A DNA stretch of 64,000 bases from Takakia lepidozioides. Taxonomy: Eukaryota; Plantae; Bryophyta. Numbering within the stretch: position 1 is the stretch's first letter; each line of letters begins with the position of its first letter. Positions 26,701-39,898 of the stretch are shown here, one piece after another. Where the stretch lies: positions 11,408,001 through 11,472,000 of the forward strand of contig CM060732.1 of the NCBI GenBank assembly GCA_030704615.1. Direction: 5' to 3'. The translations under genes were made by a program, and so were the position numbers. The notes below the pieces were generated by a model that worked only from the letters and a program-made list of their open reading frames with translations, did not search any database and was not told the DNA's origin.

Positions 26701-28270
26701 CATCTTGATTATCCTTCTATGACCTTGTCACTTTACATAGCTACCTTGCACGTACTTAGTACTTACCTGTAGATATGATCGACAAGGTCATGTCAATCCA
26801 CTGGATAATGCGGCTGACATGTGTAAATGAATGTTGTTGGTTATGCAGGTCTTGAAGATCAGTCTGGTCGCGTCCCCCAGCATAGCTGATTCAATTTTGG
26901 CAAAGGGCATGTTCAGCCATTATGACCGTCCTCAAATTGCTGAGCTCTGTTGGAAAGCTGGTCTTTACATGCATGCCCTTCAGGTCCTATTTCTGCTTTT
27001 GCACTCTTGCACTTTGTTCTCTGCTCATCATACTTCAATCTGTTAATTTTGTTGATCTACACTGGTGCGTCTTGACTCAGGGCCGGAATATACTTTCCAT
27101 TAGGCCTGAGTGCACCTGCTCTTGGAGGAACAGGAAATATCCTGAATACACTGACTGAAAGCAGAGACCTGTTATCGGGAGTGATAATTTTGTCCCCTCT
27201 TATTTGTGTTCTTTTTAATCTAGTTTTGTCTCTACATTAATTGTTGCAGTGTGTCTGGATGTATACATCATTCTTGCCCTGGAGGTCAAACAGTCACTTT
27301 TATGTCCATGCAAATAAAGTTTCTAATGATCCTTCCTTGTGCAGGTGAACCCAGAAAATGCGCCTCTGGTGGTTCGGCAATTGCTGGATGATGGCCACCC
27401 CAAGGATTTCATCGAGGACCCTATCTTGTCTGTCTGCTCTTTACTGCCAGTGGAGGCAGTGGTTGATGAGTGGGAGAAGAGGTAATAAATTGTTCCAGGG
27501 TGGCTTTATGTCATTTTTAATCTGTTTGTTTGCTCCTAGCATGATGTCTATGTCACAGTCAATTCTCAGGTTATGCGCAAAATGAAAATGTATTGAAAGA
27601 GGGTACATTACTGACTTTTTAATTCCATGTGGAAGCTGTCTGTTGTCTCAGGATGAATCAAACTAACAGTTTGATGGGTTGGACAGGAACCAGTTGGGAT
27701 TGCTGACTCAGTTCTTAGAGCATCTTGTGAGTGAAGGGAGCGAAGAAGTGCATGCACATAATGCATTGGGGAAGATCATCGTTGATACAAACAAAGATCC
27801 AGAGCTCTTTCTGACCAGAAACCGCTACTATGACTCTAAGGTCATTGGTAAATATTGTGAGACAAAGGAGGATTACACACTTGAAGTAATTGCATATAGA
27901 CATGGTCAATGTGATGCTGAGCTTGTTGATGTCACAAACAAGCACAAGCTCTTCAAGATTCAGGCCAGGTACATCCCAACTCTATCTCCCGTCATTTGTG
28001 ATTTTGTCTTGTGTTTTGCGTGATGTCTTAGAAAAGATAAAGAAATTACCTGACTACATCTTGTTGGCGCTTCTTAGGTATGTGGTGGAGCGCATGGATC
28101 CTGACCTGTGGAAAAAGGTTATGCACCCAGAGTATCCAGAATACAGGAAGCAGCTTACTCTTGAGGTGTTGTCTATTGTTCTACCAGAGAGCAAGAACCG
28201 AGAGCAGGTGTTAGCCCTGTTAGCCACTTTGAAGGCACACTTGCCCCATGAGTTAGTTGAGCTTTTATAG
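17748..28270 (+). CDS. Copy B of the LRR / pseudo-alpha-beta-hydrolase / clathrin heavy chain chimeric gene (5'-truncated LRR, LINE in intron 1; may be a pseudogene)
   Basis: Inferred exons: ...17748-18429, 24482-24765, 25026-25386, 25824-25982, [26163-26198], 26314-26400, 26507-26590, 26849-26983, 27345-27481, 27687-27968, 28078-28270. All introns GT-AG and phase-compatible, no internal stop. Similarity to copy C begins abruptly at 17748 (= 56990). Confidence 0.7.
19616..23926 (+). mobile_element. LINE retrotransposon (APE endonuclease + RT), degenerate, with 11-bp TSD
   Basis: APE motifs ATFN, QETW, GDFNA, DYI, SDH. RT motifs [44 protein letters not shown]. Stop at 22636 and frameshifts near 20950. 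TSD cttttgtcatg at 19605-19615 and 23927-23937; single empty site at 58871-58881. Confidence 0.93.
20125..20555 (+). repeat. 141-bp tandem repeat (x3) in the LINE 5' region
   Basis: gaaggatttggtac at 20187, 20328 and 20469; encodes [17 protein letters not shown] repeats. Confidence 0.9.
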
Positions 28271-28399
28271 TCAAGAATGTTTTTCAAAACTCTGCCTTGA
28301 GTGGGTAATCATCTCTAAAATGATCTCTTTGCACTCTGGTGGCATTCAACGACCATGGGGAGGGAGGTGGGGATCTCAAATGGAAACGGGGGCGAAGAG

Positions 28400-29230
28400 G
28401 GCCAGTGCTCCCTTCCTACAATGTCCGTCCCTTCTGAAGTCAAAAGGACCATGCTTCGAAATGTGATAAGGCCGGCATTGGAGTACGCATCTTCCATGTG
28501 AGTTGACAACTCCAACCTTGCCAAGTCCCTTGAATGCATCCAGGCTGGGATGCTCTAACAGTGTATGTTAGCGTGCTCCAGAACAGCTATGTGGCTGTTC
28601 AGGTGCAGTTTTGCATACCTTCTTTGAGCTCTCCAGGGGGGTGAGTTCAAGGTCAGATGGTGGGGTCAGTCAGATACCCTAAGATAATCAACACTATTCC
28701 TTGGATACAAGACTACTGTTAAACAGTCCAAGTCCTGGCGGAAATAGGTAGAGAAGAGATTTCTAAGGAACTGGATTATCAGCACTCTAGACTTCACTCT
28801 GCTAGATGACGGTGAGTTGGCAACTGTTAGTATCCAAAGCCTTGTGGGTTTCCCACTGTCGGATGAAAAAGAAGTTAGGGATAAGACATCCCTGAACTTG
28901 TTTCCAGTCTGTGACATGGGTAATGATGTCCTTAAGGATGACCTGAAGGGCCTTCCTACTCTTTGCATTAGCCGGAATTCTAAATTAAGGACAGGGGGCC
29001 TACCTTTGAACAGCAAACAGATTCAGAGATGCAAGGGAAGTTGTAAATGCCCAACGCGTGGGCAACCTGAAGACAATATCCACTTCCTCTTTCACTGTCC
29101 ACGGTACTCTAGCCAAAAAGGAACCCTCTTCAATTGCATCAAAAACATTGAACTGGTTCACCCTAACTTCACCCTTTCTGTTCCCATGCATATGTTCCCA
29201 CGAACTGTGTTCCCAATAATGTGGTCCTGA
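28400..29230 (+). mobile_element. Old LINE 3' remnant with CCHC zinc-finger-like tail
   Basis: Homologous to 23210-23700 ([22 protein letters not shown]). Ends with CKCPTRGQPEDNIHFLFHCPRY. Confidence 0.75.
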
Positions 29231-32229
29231 TTATGCGCTGTGTGTGTAGGTACTAGGAGCAGGGGAACGTAGGGAGTTAAGAGTTTTCGGATGCAGCGCT
29301 GATCGGCCTCTGGTTATTGGTGAACTAGGCCCTCCCCACCAAACCATGATCTAAGCCTTCCCCTATCAAAAATAGTGCAGCTAAAAATATTTACACATAG
29401 TGTAGTGTGAAAAGGAAGGGGGGCATATATCCCCTTCTGTCTAATCCTAATCTAGTTCTTAGTGCAAGGTCTTGTTGTTATCCTGGTTCTCCCACACAGG
29501 TTGGCTACATCCATGTTGTTTATGATCAGAGTTCATGAAGCCCTCATCCACGCCGCAGCGGAAGAGAAGACATGGATGGGACAAGTGAAGGTGTTTCCTG
29601 CATAGTGCAACAGGCCTGACTAGGGTTCTGTCTTGCACCAGCTTAGTTTTCATGCTGATATAGTCACTCAAACAGCTTACCAGTGGGTTAATGACAGCCT
29701 ATGAGTTCACCATTTGCATGTAGCATCTACATTGAACCCCCTTTGTTGTCATGCAATCACCGAAAGTGCAAGGCAACATGTATCTACCATACAGTGCAGG
29801 TCTGATATTTCTATCCAACTCATGGTCTTTCCTTTATCTCTCAACTGACCCTCCTCTCATCATTCTTTTGCTGAGCGGATCTCTCTTCCCAATGTTTTAT
29901 CTCCCTTTTCTGATGCAAGTGCCCATATTGGACCAGACAGCCCTTCTATCACCATTCCCAATTGACATGCATCATCTCTTATCCTCTCTACACCATTCTG
30001 GTTTGAAGCCCAGACCACCACTCCATTCCATTTTCAAAAACCCTTTTTCCTCTATCACATGTCTCTATCCTTTTCCCTTCTATCAAGAGCAAGTCCTAAA
30101 TCTGCCCAAAACGATTTCTAAGTCACACCCAAAAAGGAAGCATCCTATGTTTGAGAGCTGACAGCACTCCACACAACTTCCACCCTACCTCACTTTCTCT
30201 CTACCACCAGGACTCGTATGAATTCCAGAAGTCTCCATTCCATTTGCCAAAATCTTTTTGTATCTCCCTCATTTCTATTGAGAGTCTCTCTAGCAAAATT
30301 CCATAGCAACTATCCCTAAGTCAGAGAGGCCTTGCATCTATGAACTTAGCTCTCTTATACTCCAGCTGAAGCGGTGGGATTGCCTGCCTGAAATGGCACC
30401 TCACCATCTCTGTCAGCAGCTCCCCTAACTCCTCTTGTCGTTTGAATGCCACGTTGTAAAAACAAAGATCTATGCATGTCAGATCCTGTCATTGCTCTGC
30501 CACTCCACCTTCAGATATTTCGTCGATTCAAGCGTTCCGTGAGTCTTGACAGCTCTGTTTCAAACCATGGCAGTAACCTTGTTGCTTGCCAACTCACTAC
30601 CCTATCCTACCATCTCTGCTAATCTACCCTAAGATCTGATGTGATAACAAGAAGACAGTCATTATCTGAAAGCTTCATGCTCTACATATTTCACCTTTGC
30701 TTCTTTATTTACAGATAACCTGTATCACTGTCCACAAGCCAATGCCCTCATTCTGGCAATTGCACCATTTCACAAGTGGTCAAGTCAGTAATCCCATCTC
30801 TGCCCTTGATCTGGCAGCAATTGCTTCTCCACAAGTGCAGCTTTCTATAATTGCACATGAATGCAATGGCGGCGGTATCAGTTTGCACACCCTACCTCTG
30901 GCAGATGCCCGTCATGATGGAGCTGCTCCATCATCTTAACTAGCCTTTGATCAAGTCGGCAACCCCACCTTCCTATTCCCTGGCAGCAGGCTGTTTCCCT
31001 TGCAAGTTCATCCTCCTTGTCATCGTGGTTATGAGAGTAACGACGGCACTGCCGCCCCTCCACCGAGCTGCTTTCCCCGCAACTCCTACACCTTCAGCGG
31101 TCAAATCACAGGAAGCACCGCCTCTATGCCTTCATTACTTCTGTCAGTAGTACATGATATTACTTCCCTTGCCCTTGATGAATCGTCCTGCAGCACTCCC
31201 TCTCTTCAAAGCCATGAAACGATTACTGCACCGCCTCCCTTCTCCTGGCTTGAGCAAAATTACCTAGCTGTTCCCTGCACGATTACCCTCCAGCAAGCCC
31301 TAAGCTTCCTCGACCCGCGTTTCTAAGGTAATCACCAGCGATGAAAGCCATTCATCCTATGGATGAAAAGGCGTATTTCATGACTTAGCCACATTTTGTC
31401 CTGGCAGAGCAATAGCATAGTGTGCCCATGGAATTACCTGTAGGCATGGATAGTTCCCTCCCGTTATTAGTACCAGGGCACTCCCTTTGTAGTAATGCCG
31501 GATCCAGATGCCAAGCAAAATTTCACTATTACTCCCCTGCATTCACACTACATATGTAGTGTGTCTCCCCTTTTAAGTGTCAGGGTCCTCACTGACCACC
31601 TTTACCGGCTGAACACCTACTGGTGGTATGAAAGGTTTCAAGTCGTGCCTTCTTCTCATCCATTCCCTGCCTGCTTTATCTTTCAGCCTACACCATCGGC
31701 CAGCTTCCCTTCCAGGATCATAAGGTACTCCCAACAGGTACATTGTGTTGATTCCCTTTCTTTTTCTGCTCCAGCTATCTTGGAGAGGTCCGTCTGTGAT
31801 ATTGTTTCTGATTGGCTTGCCTTGGCCTTCAGCAAAGGAAAGCCCCTCTCTGCTCATAGTCTTCAAGGCCACTTCTGTCTGGCTGGTGCAAGCAGTGTTG
31901 TTCTCAAGCTGACACCACCATCTGGTTTCCATGTAGCTTATCATGCCAATTTCATGGCCTTCCTCCTTGGCCATAATTTTTGTGCTCCATCCCTGAGCTT
32001 GCATCGTCATCCAGCCCTTCCTGTTCAAGTGACAGCGTCCCGACGGTCCATCTTTTCCGCCGGCCAGAGCAATTCCAATTTGTGACAATACCTTCTTCCT
32101 CTTCTTGTAGTTCATGCCAGGCAGGTCCTGATCTCCTTCCCCTACAAACCAACGTTTCCCAATTTTGTTGTTGCTCCCTGGCTCCTTGTTTTGAATCTCA
32201 GCTATCACTTGTGCTCCCATCGACATTCG

Positions 32230-32613
32230 CACCTTTCGTGCTGCCTCATTTCCTTCCTGCTCCATTTGTTGAAACAGTTGTGGGGTCTGTCCTTCAGAGC
32301 CATGTTGTGCATAACCTGCAATCATTTCTCTCCATGACCCCACTTTTCTGTGAGACATATTGTCCCACATGTGTTGTGCACCCTTCATGCTTCCACGTTT
32401 GGCATACCTGTCAACAATGGCAGTATCCATGATGATATCTGGTGCAATACCAGATTTGATACTGTCATCATGGACCTCTTCGCCTTTTACCAGGTCTGTC
32501 AGGTTCGCACATGCATTCAACACACACAGGAACGTCACCTGTTTGGGCTTCTCTCCTTCATCTCCAGCATCTGTAGAAAGCTCATTGCCTCTCTGAATTG
32601 CATCTGCTGGCAT
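32230..32613 (-). pseudogene. Degenerate PLS-class PPR gene fragment
   Basis: KPKQVTFLCVLNACANL..L.KG.EVH...IKSG...D....TAIVDRYAKRGSM..A..MWD.M....V.SW..MIAGYAQHG. The downstream part of ORF 31573-32613 loses PPR character. Confidence 0.75.
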
Positions 32614-32749
32614 AGCCTTAGCTCCTTCAGTTAGTGTGACGAGATGGACAAAGACTTGGTCAGATGGCCAAAGAAATAAATAGCGTCTCTTGATGCATTT
32701 TTTGCTTCTATGTGGTTTGTTCGTAACACTTCACAGTTTGGGTTTCATG

Positions 32750-33970
32750 CAATGGGCTTATATGGGGTTACACCTTATAAGGTTACATGAAGTGGAGTCA
32801 TAGACAAGTACTTGGGTACACCTTGGGGCCCTGGGGCACTGGGCTTACACTCTGTGGGTTCACACATAAGTGATGGGTTACACCGTGCCGGGTCTCACAA
32901 CGTGGGGTTACACTTATGGGTTACATGCAATGGGCCTCTTAGGGTTACATGGTTGGGCCTTCCTGGCTATGTCAGGGTCATGTTGCTGAAACAGTATAGT
33001 TTTGTGGCATGTAACCCCACCTCAACTATGCGTTTTTTTTTTTTTTTTTTTTCCGCACTGAAGTTTTTGTGCACTGAAGCTCTCAGAGTTATACTACATG
33101 GGGTTACATACATGAGGGCTATGTACAATGGGTTACATACGATGGGGTCACAATAGTGGGGGTAACATCTGGTCGAGCTACATACTTCTTGGAGTTACAA
33201 CACTCTGGGATACACTCACTCAAGAGGATTACACAGTTCTAAGTTACACTGTGCACAGTGAAAGTGGGCAGGGTTGCCTATACAAGGGCTACGTGTCATG
33301 GGGATACATAATATGGGGTGATGTAGCATTGGGGTTTATAGCATGCACCCCAAATTGTACAATGGGTTACATGCGATGGGGTGACAACAGTGGGGGTTAC
33401 ATGTGGTCGGGATACATACTTCTTGGGGTTACACAACAACAAGTTACACTCCGGAGGGCTACACTGGTCCATAACATAGGTTGAACGGAATGATTATCTA
33501 TCTCATGGATTACACGTCCATGGGTTACATATACAGGGTGGGTTACACACAAAATGGGTTACACATAGTGGGGTTACACATACAGGGGCTAGTGTTGGCG
33601 ACTAAAGTTGCTCGACTTCAGCGTCTTCCCACTCTGTATTGAAGGGTCATGTAACCCCGGCAGACTAACCCGGACCTTGTAGTCACATTGTAGTCATCGA
33701 CTTATAATTCTCAGAGTTACACCACTGACAACAACATTCTATGGGGTTACATACTAGGTTACACTATTGATAGTTACATTGCAGTTACATTTGGAGTTAC
33801 ACCACAATGAGTTACACTGAAGAGGTTTATACTCGTCTGTGTTCACTGTGTGGAGTACCATAGATGCGAGTTACACTAAGTAGAGCTATGTTACGTTATG
33901 AAACCCCAGATGGTGTAACCCAGCGTTGTGTCACCCCGGCCCATGGGTGTCCCATTGAGTGGGTTACATA
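32750..33970 (+). repeat. Degenerate GGGTTACA(C) motif array (left)
   Basis: Dozens of gggttaca/gagttaca/ggttacac motifs separated by short variable spacers. Confidence 0.8.
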
Positions 33971-36900
33971 GGTTGAATGTGGATGGAATGGCAAAGTGAA
34001 TAACAACCCATGAACAGACATGTACTTCACTCTCCTAGCAAGGGACATGTTGTTTCCATCATCATTTTTTATGAATGGAACTGCTTGAAGAGGGTGCAAC
34101 AAACCTTTGTCGATTCTGACTTGTAAAGTGGACAGCCTCCCACCAACACAACAAAGCTCGACAAGTAGATGTTTGCGCATTGTTTCACTCTCATTGCCAA
34201 GAAGCGACAGGGACTTCATCTCAGATTCAATTGATGAAACATCCGATGGCTCCTGCCGACCACGCTGGGATGATGCTGAGCACTCCGTAGGCTTTGCTAG
34301 ATTCACAACTTCCTCCTCTGCATCAATATCTGGAAGTTCCGATTGCATCAACATGTCAAGACCTCCATGAATGGTCCCGAGCTTTGTGCCACAGAGCTTC
34401 ACAATAAGCCCTTCCTTCAGATTTGGCTTAATCAATTGAAGAACGCGGATTTGATGTTTGCACAAGTTACCCCTCAAAGCCCATGGACAATCGCAACAAG
34501 CCCATGTGGTTGCGGGTGCATAGATTGTATAGCTTCAACCGGCCGTTTGAACACTATCCACAATCGCCGGATAACTAGAAACAGTGGGCAAATGAATATT
34601 GACATCAGGGATCTCCTTCGCAGTCCAAACAACATTGTTGATAAATTCCTCCTATCGTACATTCCTTTTGAAGCCTTTCGATTTCAAGTTATCTCTATAC
34701 CAATAGTGGGTTAGAATAGGACCACGAGTTCGCTGATCAGCCAATCAATTCTCCTGCCAACAAGCTTTTGCTTTCCCGAGCATAAACGAGCCTTCAAATT
34801 TCCGTGCCAAGATTCAATTGTGGCATTAGTATCTTGACTTGCATGGGGAATATTACGAGCCCCCGTGATCCACATGCTTAGTTTTGGGACCCATTCCATT
34901 CTGATGTAATGTAGGAAGTCACGCGCAAGCTCATAGGAATAATGCAAATCTTCCAGTCGCTCCAGCGCCCACTCTTCTGGGGTGACTCCCACACAGGCGT
35001 TAATGCCGTACATTACGTCGCCAAGCTGTTTCAAAACAACATTGCGAGTGTATGTATCGGGCATCTTATGCCACGAATGTTTCAGCCAAGCGCGGCGAAC
35101 ATGCCAAAGGCATAGAAATATCGCTACGTCCCCAAATGATTCCCTGCATGCACACACATCAAATGCCACCCAATCCATCAGTGTAACTCCTTGTCAGTGT
35201 AACTCTTATCAGAGGAACTCTTAGCAGTGTAACTCTTCGCAGTGTAACTCTTCAAAATGTCACTCTTAGTAGTGTGACTCATGTAACCCCTTGTGCATCT
35301 GGCCATGTAACTATCAGAGTAACTCACATCAGTGTAACCCAATGCATATAACCCCTCACAGCGCTGTAACGCAATCCATGTTACACCGTCTGCGATGCTC
35401 CCAGTGTAACTCATATGCTATAGCAGTGCAACCTAATCCATGCATGACTGCAGATGACACGCCGTGTAACTCCCACTGTAACTCGCAGTGTAACCCCTCC
35501 GTCCAACTCAAGGCAGTATAACCATCTGTCTAACTGATAGTGTAACCCTCAGTGTAACAGACAGCACTGCAACCCAATCTATGTAACCCCTCAAACAACT
35601 GACAGTGTAACTCCAACTGTTACAGGCAGCAATGCACCCCCTCGTGTAACTGGTAGTTTAACTCTTACTGTGATTCTCAATGTAACTAGCAGCAGTGTAG
35701 CCCGATCCATGAAACCCCTCATGCATGCAACTTGTAGTGTAAATTATTGTGTGACTCAGAACATTGTAACTTCTAGCCGTGTACCTGATAACATTGATTT
35801 CTGCGTCTGCATCGTCGACAACAAAAGCATTTGGCCTCCAATCTGGTTTGTTATGAAGAAGTTGGTCTCGAAGACGTTTCATCCAAGGGCTCAGGTCAGT
35901 CGTTTTGTTTCTCGCTAATATAATATAAGCAACAGGTATGTCGTTGAGCCATTCGTCGAACACCATCATAGTATACATTGGGAACTGCAATGTCGCAAAT
36001 GGTACAAAAATGAATAAGGTGAGTGTTGTAATATTGGCAACAGTTGCATGGCACTCACATTTCAGAATGCAATGAAAGGTAAAGCGTGATACAAATACCT
36101 TATTTTCGTTGGTCCCAAATGTTGCATCGCAGGATACCACACGGTTGTGTCCCAGGTCAATTATTTTCTGTTTTTGCCACTCCGTTTGTATTCCAATCAC
36201 GAACTTCAAATCACCCACATTGGCGCTGTCTCTTCATGGTAGAAGAAGACGCTTTCAGGATTGCTATTGACCCACATATGTACACTTTGTGCATCATTTG
36301 GATGTTTTTTGTAACTCTCAATCGCAAGCTTGTCGGCAATGTTTCTCACGTCGTACTCGAACAAGAAACAATCGCGACTCCACTCCGTGCCTGGCTGAGA
36401 CGTACAAGCTTCCTGGAGCTGTTGAGTATGTTGTGTCATAATCATAGCTGGAGATAGGCCACTGCGAAGACTATCGACGATCCACTGTTTCATATCTTGG
36501 CTGAGACGAGGGGCATGCACGAATCGCGAGAAATGGGAAGAGGGGTCAGCTGAACCATGACATGGCTTTCCTTTTGCATCCACATGCTGTTTCTGGAAGT
36601 ATGTGATGATTGCCAACTCTGGATCTAGAAAACACTGGCCAACTTTGAAGCTACACGTACACCCACGTTTGTATGACTCTCCAAAATCCGTTGCCTTACG
36701 TCTGATTCGCTTGACTGGTTTTTGATTATCGGAGGCTGCTATCGGTTTTTCTTTCTTCTTCATAATCGGCGGGTCCGTGCGCCTATCTACCGACCCGTAG
36801 CAGTAGTGGTACCTACAAAGAAAGCATACAAAGCGAGGAGAGTTATCGCCATATACGACTTTGCTAGGCCAGCAGAAAGAAGTGGGGCTGGGAATGTTAT

Positions 36901-37295
36901 ACAACCCTCGTAAGTGACTTACTTATGCCACTGACAATAACTGTTTGCACACGGTGTTGTCAGATCTGACAACTCACGGTACCTTGATCTTGAACATAAA
37001 ATTGGGTTTTCCCATCCACTCTACTCTTTTCTCCCTCCAGAAAATCAGGAATGCGAGACCATGGAACGACAGCTACTTCGATGGATATCTGTTTCCCTTT
37101 TCCCTGGGAAACCTGGCATATCCAACAGAGGTTTGTGTGATTGAAAAGCCCATCTATGGGCAGCTGTAGGATGCATTTCAAATGAGATACCAAATGTTGC
37201 AAATGACAGAGGTCTCCCGCCTCATCTTTCAAACCATTTGATTCCAATGTTGTTTTGCGTTCCTCGTCTAGCACCTTCGCGGCAGCACACGCCAT
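33896..37295 (-). mobile_element. Intron-containing MULE-type transposase with C-terminal SWIM finger, frameshifted
   Basis: KRGCTCSF...HVD..G.PCHG, DATFGTN, MVFDEW...IPVAYII, FVVDDADAE, LCLWHVRRAW, TNATIESWHGNLK, GNLCKHQ. Frameshifts near 36210 and 34710. Confidence 0.85.
35178..35710 (-). repeat. GTTAC motif array filling a transposase intron, in opposite orientation to the flanking arrays
   Basis: Repeated gtgtaactc/tgtaaccc on the plus strand between transposase exons. Confidence 0.75.
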
Positions 37296-37509
37296 TAGCG
37301 GCAACAGTACCACCAGTACAGTACAAATCGCAGAACACACATGGGCAACGCAGCGGGCCCTCGAGACCGCACGACGTCTACACACCTGGTGAAAATGACA
37401 CGCGATGATGAAGTTACACGTGGGTTTTGATGTCACCGAATCGTGTAACCCAGGTTTGAATTCAAAATATCTGACACCTCTTGGAGCCCGCCAATTTTTG
37501 CCGAGCACC

Positions 37510-38185
37510 AAGGGGCTACACGAACAGGGGTGACATGCGTTGGGGATAAAGGATCCGGGGTGACACGAGCTAGGAGTGACACGATCGGGGGTTACACAGA
37601 GGGGATTGATACAGTTCGGGGTTACATGGTGGGGTTACAATGTGAGAGTTACACAATGAGGGTTACACGAGGCGGAGCTACAAGGGTTGACGTGCAGAGG
37701 GTTACATGGATGATGGGGTTACACAAGGAACTGGAGTTACACGGAGAGGGGTACATGGGATAACATGATACAAGCTTGCATTGGGGTTACACGATGCGGG
37801 TTACATATGATAGGGATTACATGGGATCACATAATGGGAGGGTTACACGATGCAGGATAACATGGAGTGAGGGTTATACCCCACGGAATAACAGAGGGTT
37901 ACATGGGTTACAAAGGGTTGCAGAGGGTCATGGGGTTACATGGGTTACAGAGGGTGACAGAGGGTTATATGGGAGGGTTACATGGACACTCAACGGTGTT
38001 ACAGAGGGTTACATTGTGGTGAGGGTTACAAAGGGTCATGGGGTTACATAGGTCACAGAGGGTTACATGGGTTACAAAGGGTTACAGAGGGTTACATGGA
38101 GTGAGGGTTACATAGGGTGGGGGTGACACTTTGCGGTGTTACATAGGGTTACATGGTGATGAGGGTTACAAAGGGTCATGGGTTG
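37510..38185 (+). repeat. Degenerate GGGTTACA motif array (right)
   Basis: Dense agggttaca/gggttacat motifs. Confidence 0.85.
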
Positions 38186-39280
38186 CTAGAAGCGGCGGAC
38201 TGGTGTCGCAGAACGATGACACCGTGCCTGGGGCGATGATGCCGATGGGGGGTGGGGAGGGATTGACCGAGCCTAGCCGGCTGCCTTTGGATGTCTGCCG
38301 GAGGTAGAGAACCGGCGGTTGGGTGTCAGGGCTGGACCGTCCTGACGCGCTCGCATTAAGTTCTTACATTATTCCTATTATCCTCCATTTTGGGCCGTCA
38401 GGACCTAGTCGGGGGCGGGGGCGAGCTTTAGGGGACCCTACCTCAATGGCTGTCCCATAGTGTTACAGTACTAGACTAGGTGGAGCTCCCAGCCTCCAGG
38501 AGAGTTTAGGGTTTTGAGTATTTGACAAGCTACCCTGCCTGCCGTACTACAGGTACAGTAAAGCTGGACGTTCGAGTTGAGAAATCCGAGCTACTGAAGC
38601 TGCCACGGTGCGTAATGCTCTACAACTAGAAAGGAGATTCTTATAGGAGTGCAGTAGAAGCTAACGTCCCAAGGTAGAGCTCTAATTGATGTTGGAATCA
38701 GGTTCCAGCGGTTTCGCACCAGGACAAAGAGAAATAGGCTCTCAGTGACAACGTGAGTATGAAATTTATCAGGTGAGAGGGGTTCTATGTGTGTTTCAAG
38801 GAGTTGTGTTCATCGCTCTCGCGCAAGCAAGCACTCTTTTGGTGGGTCCTTCATACTTTCTCACTTGGCCTTCATTGTGACCATCGATGACATCGTTCTA
38901 AATATCTTGGATTGCATCAGATGGAAGAACGGCGTTAAGAGTGACCGACAAGCTTCGAAGGTGCACTCTCCTGTTTCAAGGTAAAAAGGATTCAAGTTTA
39001 TTCCGGTTTCGAACGTTAATTCGCTGGACTCCTTGTTAAGCTATGTAAATGGTCATCGGTTGTCAGGGAGAAACGTAGAAAGCCAGTTTTCTGACCATCC
39101 TTGGACACTCGAGTATGAGAACCGACTGTAGAACTCACATGTGCAATGTCCACGCCCGTCGCTTTCATGACTGAGAAAGTGGATTGTGAAGCGGTTATAC
39201 TGTCTCCAATGGCTCCCTAGAGCCCACCCCCGAAAGGAAGGCGTATCCGCAAGGGAAGGAGGGCTCTAACTTCGGTTGGC

Positions 39281-39284
<4 letters not shown>

Positions 39285-39318
<34 letters not shown>
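39285..39318. repeat. (TC)17 microsatellite
   Basis: Perfect TC run upstream of the small gene. Confidence 0.9.
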
Positions 39319-39320
<2 letters not shown>

Positions 39321-39898
39321 ATGGCTACTTGTGTGGAGCTTTGCTATTCGTTGCACTGTCTGCCAGTAGAATTGCCTGGCACGTACATTCACTAACTTTC
39401 AGATTTTTAGTCATGAATTGTGGAAGGTAAACACGATACTGGATTCTCATATAAATCTCTGATCTGAAAGTATTTGTTATTTGTGGGTCTTAATCGTGCT
39501 GGCCACTATACTTCCGAATTGTGTGTAACGGGAGAAGAAAAGTGTGTAGGCTCTCTTTCAGGTGTTGAAGAAACGCATTGAGGTGCTGAAGAGTTGACGG
39601 AATTTCGCTGAACAAGGATAAACCCAAGTGAGCGTAAGGACACGTTTTCCCAACTCATGCAGAAGAGAGCACAAGTATTCAACTACTGTATTTATCTCTC
39701 CACGCGCTTCATTACATTGACAATCTTGCTCTTCACATTTTGAGAAAATGTCTGCCAAGGTGCTTTTCTATAACATTTCCACAAGATGCACACCATAAGT
39801 ACATTTGTTTGGTCCAGAATACTGAGTGTCGAGTTCCTATTTACGACCTCCGCAGTATCTTTCCTGTGGTGAAGAGAAGAAAGAGGGGATATTGAGGT

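Noticed and set aside
29430-31570. E/DYW domain continuing the minus-strand PPR fragment
   Set aside because: No HxE...CxxC or terminal DYW-like motif recognised.
32750-38185. Interstitial telomere or CRISPR-like array
   Set aside because: The motif is GGGTTAC rather than plant TTTAGGG, spacing is irregular, there is no constant repeat-spacer unit, and the context is eukaryotic.
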